A DNA stretch of 61,867 nt, the filler included, from Chiloscyllium plagiosum (taxonomy: Eukaryota), in assembly GCF_004010195.1 (NCBI RefSeq). It is 4 parts of one record of this genome, joined end to end, with 100 filler letters (N's around TTAATTAATTAA, not from the genome) between each part and the next. Parts side by side here need not be neighbours in the genome. Positions count along the whole stretch, not along the records: positions 1 to 15,950 come from NC_057713.1; positions 16,051 to 34,188 come from NC_057713.1; 2 more parts are not named here. One strand, 5' to 3'. The notes under the pieces are model-generated. The model worked only from the letters and a program-made list of their open reading frames with translations, made no database searches and had not been told where the DNA came from. This document shows, one piece after another, positions 12,663-24,978 of the stretch (positions are counted from its first letter, which is position 1; each line of letters starts with the position of its first letter). The translations under genes were made by a program, and so were the position numbers.

Positions 12663-13628
12663 ACAGCCTATCCCCCAGAAATGAAAAGAGAGAAGTCAAG
12701 GACAGGAAAGGAAAACTCAGACAGGGACCAGATGAAGATAATAAAAGGATAGAAACTGAAAGTATTTTTTTTTAATTTTGGGCAGGAAAAAGAAGCATCA
12801 CTGATTATATCACTGATGGCTGGAAAAGGAATTGTGGGATGTGACACGAATAGAACTGAAATGAGGAACACATTTCACAAAAAGACCGGCATAAATGGAA
12901 TCTTTCTGTCATAGACACTTCCTGCCAAAGTGAGGCATAACAGAATGAAAGGCATTTACCTCAGGTTGACATCAGATCCTGCACTTGGAGTTCCTAACAT
13001 CATGAACAGTCTGCTTTCGTGAAACCTTTACTTGAGGCAAATTTTAGAATGGAAGATGTTTTCCTCTGAGCAGGAGCTGCAACAGAACCTGAGCCATTTT
13101 CTTTGCAAATGGGTCCATGACACCTAACACTCATTCTGCCCTTTAGTTTACCAGATGAAGTCATATCAGACTAACACAACACTCCCTTATTTCTTCAAAA
13201 CTTTGGATTTGTCATTTGCCATCAAATCAGTAGAGGATACATTGGGATATTTGTCTGATCTTTTTGGAATGGTTGTTCAATTATTAATGTATTCCAATGA
13301 AATGAGCTTCTAATGGAAATTAATGCACCAGTTGAAGTTAGTCATGCAGATCTGTAAATTCAAGTTGAATCTGATGCTGGCCAATATTATTTTTTCCAGA
13401 TTGCATGATGTGCCAAAATGATCAGTCTGTGGATATTCTTCACAACACCTGCAATGAATTGGTTGAATGTATAACTACATTTCCAATGCAGCTGACTTTA
13501 TCCCTCTTGCTAGGCAGAAACTGGGAGGATCAGCAGGTAAAAGTGTGTGGGTTGTGTCTCTGCATGGAACCAGAGTCTTTCCTTCTGACAAAACTGTGCC
13601 AGAGCCAATAAATGAATGAGACTCTTAC

Positions 13629-13796
13629 CTATAAGATAGGTGGGAGCATCAGGAATTTTATAATAATCAGAGTCTGATGTCGGCCTGGATATTCCAATTG
13701 CCAAATAGCCACTGGAATCCAAGATGCAGCATAATCCATGAGAACTGTCCGAGAAGTTGAAGATTCCAATGGCAACTCCCTTGTGTCCCGAATGCT
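13629..13796 (-). CDS. Candidate 168-bp phase 1-1 exon of an unidentified gene
   Basis: ttcttag|...CTTATAG|gtaaga; open frame HSGHKGVAIGIFNFSDSSHGLCCILDSSGYLAIGISRPTSDSDYYKIPDAPTYLI; non-repetitive context. Confidence 0.25.
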   Translation of the reverse strand, partial: SIRDTRELPLESSTSRTVLMDYAASWIPVAIWQLEYPGRHQTLIIIKFLMLPPIL

Positions 13797-14184
13797 CTAA
13801 GAAACCCCTTAATGTCAGAGAATTTGGAGGTTTCAGCTTCAGTTAAACTAACGGTTATGCAGAAAAGATTGGACAATGAAAAACTTGTCTAACTCTTGGG
13901 TAACTATAAAGCTGACCACCAACCCACAATGTAACACATAGCATCTCCTCTCACACCCCCCCCCCCCAACCAGTCTTTCTCCGAACCCAACCCTGCTGAA
14001 CCCCCACTCTATCTCACTAGTTCTGACACCATCTCAGCCAGCATTGATAACCCTTCCCCGCAGCCATCACCAACCAGCTCCGACACATCCACCTGCAAAT
14101 AACCCAAGTACTCCCTCACCTACCTGGCACCAACCCTCTATGTTAATAAATGACTCGCATAAAGTGGGATCTTACCTTATTAAG

Positions 14185-14490
14185 TGGCAGCATGGTGTCT
14201 CAGTGGTTAGCACTGCTGCCTAACAGCACCAGGGTCCCAGGTTCGATTCCAGTCCCGGCCAACCTTCCGTGCAGAGTTTGCATGTTCTCTGCATGGGTCC
14301 CCTCTGGGTGCTCTGGTTTCCTTCCACAATCCAAAGATGTGCAGATCAGGTGAATTGGCCATGCGAAATTATCCATTGTGTTAGGTGCATTAGTCAGAGG
14401 GGGGGTGGGTTACTCTTTGGAGGGTTGGTGTTGGCTTGTTGGGCCAAAGGGCCTGTTTCCACACTGTAGGGAATCAAATTTAAATTTAAG
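14185..14490 (+). mobile_element. HE1-type SINE
   Basis: A-box/B-box head (tggtgtctcagtgg; ggttcgattcc), conserved body, gggcctgtttccacactgtag tail. Confidence 0.9.
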
Positions 14491-14491
14491 T

Positions 14492-15155
14492 AGTTTAACG
14501 TGTAGCACATTTTCAAATGCCTTTTGACAATCCAAACATACATTACGTCAACTGTTTCCCCTTTAACTATCCTTCTTGTTACCTCTTCAAAGAATTCTAG
14601 CAGATTTGTCAGGCATGATTTTCCATTTGCGACTCCATGATAACTCTGCTTGATCATATCATGTAGTTCAAAGTGATATACTGTTATATCCTTTATAATA
14701 GACTCCAATGATTTTCCAAGAATGGCATCAAGGCAATTGGCCAAAAAAATGGCCTTTTTTTGGTCTCCTTCCCTTCTTAAATAAAGGTCTTGCATAGTGT
14801 AGTGACTGGAATGAGGATCAGCTGCACCTCACTGAGTACGAGATCCCTGATTGGGGTTGTTAACCTGGGGCCATTAAGGGATCCCTGGCTGACAGATATA
14901 AGCAGGAGTCTCAAGGAGTCTCCTCAATCTGAGGACTGGCTCTAAGCATGCTGGTCAGATTCCATGTACTATGCCCCTGTAATAAAGGGTGTCTTGGTGA
15001 CAGGATAGGCACCTCCGTGGAGTTATTTCATGTAGGGTATTTTCCAATCATGCGGGAATATTCCAGAATCTGAGGGTTGCCTGAAGATTACTACCACTGC
15101 ATTCAATATCTCTTTAGTTACCTCCTTTAATAAACTTCATTACATTTTATCAGTC
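14492..15155 (-). mobile_element. Old CR1 RT fragment, interrupted by a solo LTR
   Basis: GKSCLTNLLEFFEEVT...VDVMY (ORF 14394-14795). Confidence 0.75.
14798..15030 (+). mobile_element. Solo LTR, family A
   Basis: TGTAG...TTATTTCA; GATATAAGCAGGAG TATA box; AATAAA; TSD catag/tgtag. Confidence 0.75.
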
Positions 15156-15156
15156 C

Positions 15157-15376
15157 TGATGTGGAGGAGCCGGTGTTGGACTGGGGTGGGCAAATTTAAA
15201 AATCACACAACACCAGGTTATAGTCCAATAGGTTTATTTGGAAGCATTAGCTTTCAGAGAGTTGCTCCTTGATCAGGTAGCTGTGGAGCAAGACCATAGG
15301 ACACAGAATTTACAGTAAAAGATCATAGTGTCATGCAACTGAAATGATATATTGAACAAACCTAGATTGCTGTTAA
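15157..15376 (-). mobile_element. Penelope pLTR unit with degenerate hammerhead
   Basis: Reverse complement of the 12040-12160 unit plus an extension shared with 24979-25210. Confidence 0.75.
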
Positions 15377-15585
15377 AAGCAAATTATTGTGGATGCTGGA
15401 ATCTGAAACCAAAAGAGAAAATGCTGGAAAATCTCAGCAGGTCTGGCAGCATCTGTAAGGAGAGAAAAGAGCTGACATTTAGAGTCTAGCTGACCCTTTG
15501 TCAAAGCTTTGACAAAGGGTCAGTTAGACTCTAAACGTCAGCTCTTTTCTCTCCTTACAGATGCTGCCAGACCTGCTGAGATATT
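15377..15585. repeat. Fold-back Penelope pLTR (palindrome 15431-15582) flanked by a 15-bp direct repeat
   Basis: 76-bp arms with 2 mismatches and no spacer; CTAGATTGCTGTTAA at 15362-15376 and 15586-15600. Confidence 0.85.
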
Positions 15586-15600
15586 CTAGATTGCTGTTAA

Positions 15601-17130
15601 GTCATAGAGTCATAGAGTCATAGAGATGTACAGCACGGAAACAGACCCTTCAGTCCAACCCATCCACGCCGACCAGATATCCCAACCCAATCTAGTTCCA
15701 CCTGCCAGCACCCGGCTCATATCCCTCCAAACCCTTCCTATTCATATACCCATCCAAATACCTCTTAAATGTTGCAATTGTACCATCCTCCACCACATCC
15801 TCTGGCAGCTCATTCCATACACGTACCACCCTCTGCGTGAAAAAGTTGCCCCTTAAGTCTCTTTTATATCTTTCCCCTCTCACCCTAAACTTATACCCTC
15901 TAGTTCTGGACTCCCCGAACCCAGGGAAAAGACTTTGCCTATTTATCCTANNNNNNNNNNNNNNNNNNNNNNNNNNNNNNNNNNNNNNNNNNNNTTAATT
16001 AATTAANNNNNNNNNNNNNNNNNNNNNNNNNNNNNNNNNNNNNNNNNNNNGAACGCCTTATTGAAATCCATAGAGATCACATCTACCGCTCTGCCCTCAT
16101 CAATCCTCTTTGTTATTTCTTCAAAAAACTCAATCAAGTTTGTGAGACATGATTTCCCAAGCACAAGCCTTTCCAAATACATGTTCATCCTGTTCCTCAG
16201 GATTCCCTCCAACAACTTGCCCACCACCAAAGTCAGGCTCATTGGTCTATAGTTCCCTGGCTTGTCCTTACCACCCCTCTTAAACAGTGGCACCACGTTA
16301 GCGAACCTCCAGTCTTCCGGCACCTCACTTGTGAATATCGATGATACAAATATCTCAGCAAGATTCTCAGCAATCACCTCTCCAGCTTCCCACAGAGTTC
16401 TTGGGTACACCTGATTAGGTCCTGGGGATTTTTCCACCTTTATGCATTTCAAGACATCCAGCACTGCCTCCTCTGTAATATGGACATTTTGCAAGGTGTC
16501 ACCATCTATTTCCCTACATTCTATATCTTCCATATCTGTTTCCACAGTAAATATTGATGCAAAACACTCATTTAGTATCTCCCCCATTTTCTGGGGCTCC
16601 AAACAAAGGCCGCCTTGCTGACCTTTGAGGAGCCCTATTCCCTCCCAAGTTACCCTTTTGTCCTTAATGTATTTGTAAAAGCTCTTTGGATTCTCCTTAA
16701 TTCTATTTGCCAAAGCTATCTCATGTCCCCTCTTTGCCCTCCTGATTTCCCTCTTAGGTATACTCCTACTTCCTTTATACTCTTCTAAGCATTCAGTCGA
16801 TCTTTCCTGTCTATATGTTACATATGCTTCCTTCGTTTTCTTAACCAAACTCTCAATTTCTTTAGTCATCCAACATTCTCTGTATCTACCAGCCTTTCCT
16901 TACACCCTAACAGGAATATACTTTCTCTGGATTCTCGTTATCTCATTACTGAAGGCTTCCCATTTTCCAGCCATCACTTTACCTTCGAAAATCTGCCCCC
17001 AGTCAGCTTTGGAAAGTTCTTGCCTAATACTGTCAAAATTAGCCTTTCTCCAATTTAGAACTTCAACTTTTAGATCTGGTCTGTCTTTTTCCATCACTAT
17101 TTTAAATCTAATGGAATTATGGTCACTGGT
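15601..17130 (-). mobile_element. CR1 LINE (HER1-like), 5'-truncated, spanning a gap
   Basis: ORFs 15692-15883, 16003-16869 and 16900-17154 (KSPGP, PGNYRP, KSCLTNLIEFFE, DFNKAF); (CTCTATGA)n tail. Confidence 0.95.
15951..16050. other. 100-bp artificial spacer (44N-TTAATTAATTAA-44N); also at 34189-34288 and 58465-58564
   Basis: Identical structure three times; the 12-mer puts stop codons in all six frames. Confidence 0.95.
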
Positions 17131-20100
17131 ATGATTGAATGAAGCTACTTTCATGTATATTTTAAGTTACCATGATGCACTTCCCAGTGTTTATATAAAA
17201 TAACTGGATTTTATGTTGTATGAGTGCAAATTGTAAACTGTTTTGAGGAGTAATAAAGTTTATTTCATGATAACCTTTAGTGTAATAAGTTAGATGCTGT
17301 TTATTACCATGTATACAGCAAAATTTATGATGGTTTTCACTGGAATTTTCCATTATATATAATTTTAGGTATGCTTGTTTGTACTATTATAAAAACTAAA
17401 AGCTAACATGATTAAATGCTATGTTAATGGATGAACACTCATTTATACAACAATTGTAACCTAGTTGTATATCATTCAGTTTTAACAGACCTTTCTCTTA
17501 CTGAACATACTGAGTTTGTTTTTTTTTGCTGAAGAAACTGTAGCATTGCAGTGAAGGAAGCAGAACACCTTTTTGTGGTTCATTGTTAATGACAGCATCA
17601 AGTGCTCCCAGATTAATTATGGTGTAGGTTGGATGAACCGGGAGATTCTCCCTGCTCCAGCAATCAACCTCAATCTAAGCCTCAGAAGGTCACCTTCCTT
17701 CCAATTGCCACTACAGCCGTTTTATGATGTCTCTGAATGAGGCTTCTAATTTATAATAGAATCATAAAAATTGGAATTTGGAATGAGGCCATTCAGCCCC
17801 AAGTGGATTTTGTCTGAGTGAGCTGTTTTCAAATCCCATTTCCTTGTGGTTTCCAAATAACCTTTCATGCTCTTTTTCTTCTGAAGGTGCTTATTTAATC
17901 TTCTCTTAAATGCTGTGATTGACGACTTCACTAGCTGCTTGTGACAAAGCATTTCTTTTGCCACTGACCCTTTTGTATGAAGTAAACCCTCTAACCTTCT
18001 CTCCTCATTGGAATTCTATTGAAAAGCCTTTTTTTTTGTGCTGTAGATCTCTATGTATCTGAGTTAACTAATCATTGGCCAGAGATTTTGCCATTCAGCC
18101 TGACAGAAACTATCATTAGTTTCTACTAGATTTGTGGAATCATAGATTTTGCAGGACAGCATTAAGCTATTCAGGCCAACTTACTTGTGCTGGATCTTTG
18201 GTGAAGACTTCTAATAGATCCCACTCCCCAACTCCTTCCTAACAGCCCTGCATTTTCTTCCACCGTTATCAATTTGCTATTGAGTGTTACTGATCAATGT
18301 TTTTCCACCTCTTTGTCAGGTAATGCTTTGCAGGTCAAGAACTAATTCTGGATAAAAGAAGCATTTACTGGTTCTGCCTCACGTTCTTTTGTTCGCATTT
18401 GTAAAAAACATCTGCTCTACCTGCTGTATCTGGAAGCAGTGTCTCTCTGTTTACACGATTTTAAACACCATAATCAAATTTTCTCTGAAGTTCTACTGTT
18501 GATATGGAGAACAATGTAGAAGACTTGATGTTGTCATTAACAATGAAACATAAAAAGTTGTTCTGCTTCCTTGCACTGCAATGTTCCAGTTTCTTCAGCA
18601 AAAAGAACAAAATCAGTATGTTCAATAAGAGAAGTCTATTTTAAAACTGAATGATATACTACTAGGTTACCAGTTGTTTTATTAATTAGTGTTCATCCAT
18701 TAACATAGCATTTAAGCTTTTATAATAGTGCAAACAAGCATACCTAAAATTATATGTAGTGCAAAATTTCAGTGAAAACTGTCATAAATTTTGCTGAATA
18801 CTGTGCATGATAATAAACAGCATCTAACTTATTACACTAAAGGTTATCATAAAATAAACTACATTACTCTTCAAAACAGTTTATGCTGAGCCCCAGCATA
18901 ATGGAGGTTCCTCATCCTGGTACAATTCAAATGTATCTCTTATGCACCCAGGTCCAAAGCTTTGATATCTCTCCTGAACTGTGTTATGTAGAGTTGCGCA
19001 CAAAACTCCAGAAAACCTTTAATATTGTGCAAGTAATAGGTATGTGTCTGTTACATTTGTACTCTATTTCTCTATTAATAAAGCTAAGGATTCTGCATGA
19101 TTATTTTTAACATCTTAGAGTCCTTATGTCTCTCTGCTTGTGCACCCTTTTAAAACAATATGATTTAGTTCACATTGAGACTCCTCATCATCCTGACCGA
19201 AATGTACCACTAAACATGCCTCTGTGGTAAGTTTCATGAGTGATGCATATGCCCATTTCATCAGTTTATCTATGTCCTCTTGAAGTCTGTCCTTCTCATT
19301 TTTTATTACTTTCCATCTTCCTTCAGCCTCTCTGCTCTATCTTATAAATTACTCACCATAACTGTATCCAGCTATATCTGTCTGTTCTGAGTAGGTCTGT
19401 ATTGCATCTCCTTTCATATCCTAACTGCAATAGGTTGGCCAAAATTAAACACACCTCAGAATATGTGGATGAAAAATATCATGTGGGTAATTGCAATCAG
19501 CTTCTTGCTCTTGCATTTAATGCTTTATACGGAATAATCCAATAGACTTTCTCAGACCTCTTCTGCGAGGAATCAATATGGCCTTTTTTGGCCATTCAGG
19601 TTCCAGTCAAACAGGAATCTACATTTCAGAGTGTCTGAAGCAATCGGATCAAATGACACAGACCCTAAGTCTGGGATCTGATTAGTGTGTAATGGTGATA
19701 CAGTTGGAGTCTTAACAGCCAAAGCATGTGAAATTTAGCACTGCATACAATTTGTTATGCTTCATGAAATATTTAGGACAACAAAGTGTAAAATGATCCA
19801 AGGTGCTTCACAATTAGACCAAATAGAAGACATCACTAAAAGCTTAGTCAATGTTTAAAAAATCCTAACCCTAACCCTATCGTAGGTGAGACAAAGAAGG
19901 AGGAACTCAGGCAAGGTGTGTCGAGAAATTGGTAAGTAAGCAGCACAGCTGCCAGAAGTAGAATTATGAAACGTGGGGATGTGTGAGACCCAGAATAGGA
20001 GTTGTGCAGAAATATGACTTTATGATTTCTGGTGAGGTAAAGGGGGCTAGCATATGAAGGCCATAGTCATCTCAGTCCCCACTCCCCTTGTTTCACCCTG

Positions 20101-22027
20101 GCTAATTAAGTGTCGGCCAGAAAACAGAGCAGCCGGTAGGTCAGCCAGTGGGAATACTTACAAATAAGCATTGTGAATAACAACTGGCATGGAGAGACGG
20201 GTATTAGAGGGGTTAGGCTTTATCTGGGACAACAGTTATATCCTCAAATTTAAGGTCTCTTTCTCATACACTCTCTCCTTACTTTTGAATCTGCATAAAT
20301 GAACTGACTTGTAAAAGGTGTGACTTGTAAAAATGGACTTTGCAGTAAAGAAAAATCAGTCAATGGACTCAAACTTTTTAAACTTTGCTTTTTAAATTGA
20401 CAGGCAGATAATAATGATGACATCCATTCACCTCACATATTACTTTTCACTGGTTTTGTTGTTTCAATTAAGGGACGTAGACATTGCTAGCTGGGCTGAC
20501 ATTTATTGCCTATGTCTTAATTGCTTTTGAGAAGGCAATTAGCTATCTTCTTCAATGACTACAAGAGACACAATTTAAGGGAATTTCAGGATTTGACCCC
20601 AGTGAGGAAGGTGATATATTTTTAAGTCAGGATAGTGAGTGGCTTGGAGGAAATCTTGCAAGTAGTGATATTTGAATACATCTGCTGCCCTCGTCCTTTG
20701 AGTAGTGGTCATAGGTTTTGAAAGTGCTGTCTGTGGAGCCTCGGTACGTTTCTGATGTCAGTCTTGGACAATAGACACTGCTGCTACTGAGTGGAGCAAG
20801 TTGATGTAATGGAATGTGATGCTAATCAAGTGGGCTGCTTTGTTCCAGATACTGTTAAGCTTTTTGAATGTGTTTAGAGCTACATTCATCCAGGCAAGTG
20901 GGGCATATTCCATGATACTGCTGACTAGTACCTTGTGGATCGTGAACAGGTTTTGGGGAGTCAGGAAGTGAGTTAGTTGTTACAAGATTTCTAGACTCTG
21001 AACTGTTCTTGTAGTCATAGTATTTATACAGCAAGTTCAGTTCAGTGTCTGGTCAATGGCAAACCCCAAAATATTGATAGTGGGGATTTTGTGATAACAA
21101 TGCCAGTGAATGTCAAAGGGCGCTAGTTAGATTCTCTCTTCTGGAAGATGATCATTGCCTGGCATTTGTGTGGTGCAAATGTTACTTTTCACTTAACAGA
21201 CCAAGCTTGATGTTACGTTTGCTGCAAAACAATACAGATGTCCTAGATCTGATCTGTTGATTGTAGAGTCATTTAGCCCTGTCTATAACTCATTGCTTGT
21301 ACTGTTTGGTATGCAAGTAGTCCTATTTGGTAGCTTCACCAGGTTGACACCTCATTTTTAGATTTGCCTGGTGCTGCTCCTGACATGCCCTCCTGTATCC
21401 TTCATCCCCGATTTGCCGATCATGGTAGAGTGGTAGATATGCTGGACCATGTGGTTGCAGATCGTGCTGGAGTAGGCTTCTGATGCAGCTGATAACTCAC
21501 ACCGCCTCATAAATGCCCAGTTTTTGAGTTGTTAGATCAGTTTGAAATCTATCTCATTAAGCATGGTAATGGTGTCACACAACATGACAGATAGATGCTT
21601 CTGCTGCAGATAGATTGATGAGGAGAAGGAGGTCAAGTATATTTTCCCCTTTTTTTGGTTCCCTCAACACCTGCTGCAGACCCAGTCTAACAAATGTGCT
21701 CTTCTGGATTCAACGAGATCAGTCAGTTGAGATATTATCAAGGCACTGTTGGTGGTGGACATAGAATGTACTCTGGGTGGGGGACTTCAATGTCCTTGCC
21801 ACTATCCTCCTACGGTGTTCAACTTGGTGTAGCACTAATTCATTAACTAAGGCTGGTAGTGGTAGTGAACAGGAGGGTTCCTTGCTCATGATGGACCTGA
21901 TGCCATGAGACTTCATGGTGTCCAGAGTTAGTGTTGAGTACTCCCAAGGCAACTCTGTCCCCATTGTGTACCACTGTTGCATCTCCTTATCTTGGTCTGT
22001 CCTGCTGATGGGACAGGACATTTCCAG

Positions 22028-23878
22028 AACTATCCCTCCTAGTCCAGGAACTCCCCATATACGTTTGAGACATCACCCATGCCCTCCACCTCCTCCAAGA
22101 TTTCTGTTTCCCTGGCCCCCTATGCCTCATCTTCATCATGGATATCCAGTCCCTCTACACCTCCACCCGCCATGACCAGAGTCTCCAAGCCCTCCATTTC
22201 TTCCTCTCCCGACGTCCCCAACAATACCCTTCCACTGACACTCTCATTCATTTGGCTGAACTGGTCCTCACCCTTTGAATCCTCCAGAACAAAGGGGTAG
22301 GTATGGGCACCCATATAGGTCCCAGCTATGCCTATCTCTTTGTTGGCTATGTAGAACAGTTCATCTTCTGCAGTTACACCGGCACCACTCCCCACCTCTT
22401 CCTCCGCTACATTGATGACTGCATTAGCGCCACCTCATACTCCCGCGAGGAGGTCGAGCGGTTCATCAACTTCACCAACACATTCCACCCTGATCTTAAA
22501 TGCACCTGGACCATCTCTGACACCTCCCTCCCCTTCNNNNNNNNNNNNNNNNNNNNNNNNNNNNNNNNNNNNNNNNNNNNNNCAACGCATCTCGTCCACA
22601 TCCCGCACCTCTGCCCTCAGACCCCACCCCTCCAACCATAACAAGGACAGAACCCACCCTGGTCCTCACCTTCCACCCTATCAATCTTCGCATTAACTGC
22701 ACCATCCACCAACATTTCCACCACCTCCAAACGGACCCCACCACCAGGGATATATTTCCCTCCCCACCCCTTTCTGCTTTCTGCATTCTGCAAAGACCGT
22801 TCCCACCGTGACTACCTGGTCAGGTCCATGCTCCCCAACAACCCATCCTCCCCTCCTGGCACCTTCCCCTGCTACCATAGGAATTGCAAAACCTGCACCC
22901 ACACCTCCTCCCTCACCTCCATTCAAGGCTCCACAGGAGCCTTCCACATCCATCAAAGTTTCACCTGCACATCCACCAATATCATTTATTGTATCTGTTG
23001 CTCCCGATGCAGTCTCCTCTACATTGGGGAAACTGAACGCTTCCTCGCAGAGCGCCTTAGAGAACATCTCTGGGTCACCCGCACCAATCAACCCCACCTG
23101 GCCTGTGGCACAACATTTCAACTCCCCCTTCCACTCTGCCGAGGATATGCAGGTCCTGGGCCTCCTCCTCCACCATCACTCTCTCACCACCCGACGCCTG
23201 GAGAAAGAACACATCATCTTCTGCCTCGGGCGGCACGGTGGCACAGTGGTTAGCACTGCTGCATCACAGCGCCAGAGACCCGGGTTCAATTCCCGACTCA
23301 GGCAACTGTCTGTGTGGAGTTTGCACGTTCTCCCTGTGTCTGCGGGGGTTTCCTCTGGGTGCTCCGATTTCCTCCCACAATCCAAAAATGTGCAGGTTAG
23401 GTGAATTGGCTATGCTAAATTGCCTGTAGTGTTAGGTGAAAGAGTAAACGTAGGGAAATGGGCCTGGGTGGGGTACGCTTCGGCAGGTCAGTGTGGACTT
23501 GTTGGGCCGAAGGGCATGTTTCCACACTAAGTAATCTAATCTAAAATAATCTAATCTAAACACTTCAACTCCAGGGCATCAGTGTGGACTTCGCCAGTTT
23601 CCACATTTTTCCTTCCCTCACCTTACCCCAGTTCCAAACTTCCAGCTCAGCACCACTCCCATTCACCCACTGTACTCTTTACTACCTTCTCCCCATCCCC
23701 AACCCCCTCCCATTTATCTCTCCACCCTGGAGGCTCCCTGCCTCCATTCCTGATGGAGGGCTTTTGCCCGAAATGTCGATTTTCCTGCTCCTCAGATGCT
23801 GCCTGATCTGCTGTGTTTTTCCGGCACCACTCTAAGCTAGACTCTGGTTTCCAGCATCTGCAATCCTCACGTTTGCCT
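22028..23878 (+). mobile_element. Neptune-type Penelope element (RT + GIY-YIG), 5'-truncated and frameshifted
   Basis: MGTHIGPSYAYLFVG...LRYIDD; Cys linker PCYHRNCKTC; IIYCICCSRCSLLYIGET...REH; pLTR with mutated hammerhead at 23750-23779; direct repeat ACATTTCCAG at 22018 and 23879. Confidence 0.92.
23228..23558 (+). mobile_element. HE1-type SINE (young) inserted in the Penelope element
   Basis: GGGCGGCACGGTGGCACAGTGGTTAGC head; (TCTAA)n tail. Confidence 0.93.
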
Positions 23879-24038
23879 ACATTTCCAGGGAAGATGACAA
23901 TGTTGTCTGGGACATTGTGAATAAGATAGTGTTCAGTGAGAAAGATCATATAAAGATTTTGATCAGCTAGTCTGTGGGGCAGCTCTCCCAAATGTTGGGA
24001 AGATGGATTTTGCAGGATTGACAGGCCTGTTTTTATTC

Positions 24039-24142
24039 CTGATGAAGGGCTTTTGCCCGAAACGTCGATTTCGAAGCTCCTTGAATACTGTCTGAACTGC
24101 TGTGCTCTTCCAGCACCACTAATCCAGAATCTGGTTTCCAGA
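24039..24142 (+). ncRNA. Solo pLTR starting with an intact minimal hammerhead core (24039-24068)
   Basis: CTGATGA-A-GGGC/TTTT/GCCC-GAAACGTCGA; 13-bp direct repeat CCTGTTTTTATTC at 24026 and 24143. Confidence 0.8.
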
Positions 24143-24589
24143 CCTGTTTTTATTCATTTCTGGCACTGTAATCAATGCCAGGTTGGCTATTTGGCTCCAT
24201 TCCCTTTTTTAAGGCTTTTTATTGGTTGTTATGATAAAGGCCACTTCAGAGTGCAGTTAAAAGTCAACCACACTGCTGTTGGTCTGGTGTCACCTGTAAG
24301 CTAGACCAGATGATGACAGTAAATTTCCTTAAGTAAAAGACATTACTGAACCAGATTAGATTTTACTAATGGCCGCCATTAGGCTTATAATTCTAATGTT
24401 TTAATTCAATTTCCATTATCTGTTCTGATGGATTTGAATCAAAGTCCTCAAAGCCTTACCTAGTCTCTAGATTACTTGCTCAGAGACAATATCGCTACAT
24501 TGCTGCCACCTTTGTTACGTTGGGCTTTGTTATGTAATGCTGATGTTACATAAGCAACTGGTGGCCAGCCCAGCATAAAATTAGTTGAT

Positions 24590-24868
24590 TGTAGAATCAT
24601 AAATTCCCAATCATGCAGAAAGAAAAAACCATTCAGCCTGCACCAACTGTCCAAAGTAAATCCCAAGCAGGCCGAGCCCACTAACCTCACTTTTCCCACA
24701 TGGTTAATCCACCTGACCTGCATATCTTTGGACTGTGGGAGGAAACCAGAGCTCACAAAGGAAACCCACAGAGACATGAGAAGAACGTACAAACTCCACA
24801 GAGAGGCTGGAATTGAACTCCAGTTCCTGGAGCTGTAAGCCAGTGCTAACCATTGAGATAACATGCTG
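24590..24868 (-). mobile_element. HE1-type SINE
   Basis: Reverse complement of the HE1 head and body. Confidence 0.85.
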
Positions 24869-24978
24869 ATTGCTGTGTGGTAGAGGAGTTTATAGAGAGT
24901 TTTGGAGGCAGGGGTGCAAGGCAGGTTGGATGGGTCGAGAAAACAAGGTGTTGATTTTAACTTTCAAGGTTCGTTGAA

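Larger units (their letters stand above)
10090..13050 (-). mobile_element. Old Neptune-type Penelope element, fragmented by later insertions
   Basis: KLEEQHLIFCFG (10723-10911) and IPFLLTYYP...PLLAFCRDSSLRHILVHS (11467-11730); resumes after the LTR at 12663. Confidence 0.7.
20455..24510 (-). mobile_element. LINE-B copy with tRNA-like head, internally deleted and interrupted by Penelope elements
   Basis: SINE-like head at 24250-24510, endonuclease start GELPHRL...IFLTEHYL...NVPD, 3' tail at ~20470-20530. Confidence 0.7.

Noticed and set aside
15995..16006. TTAATTAATTAA palindrome (also at 34233 and 58509)
   Set aside because: Always centred in 44N+44N; an artificial spacer, not biology.
19863..19878. 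CCTAACCCTAACCCTA telomere-like repeat
   Set aside because: Fewer than three units; compatible with chance.
23228..23300. tRNA genes
   Set aside because: These are tRNA-derived SINE heads attached to HE1 bodies.
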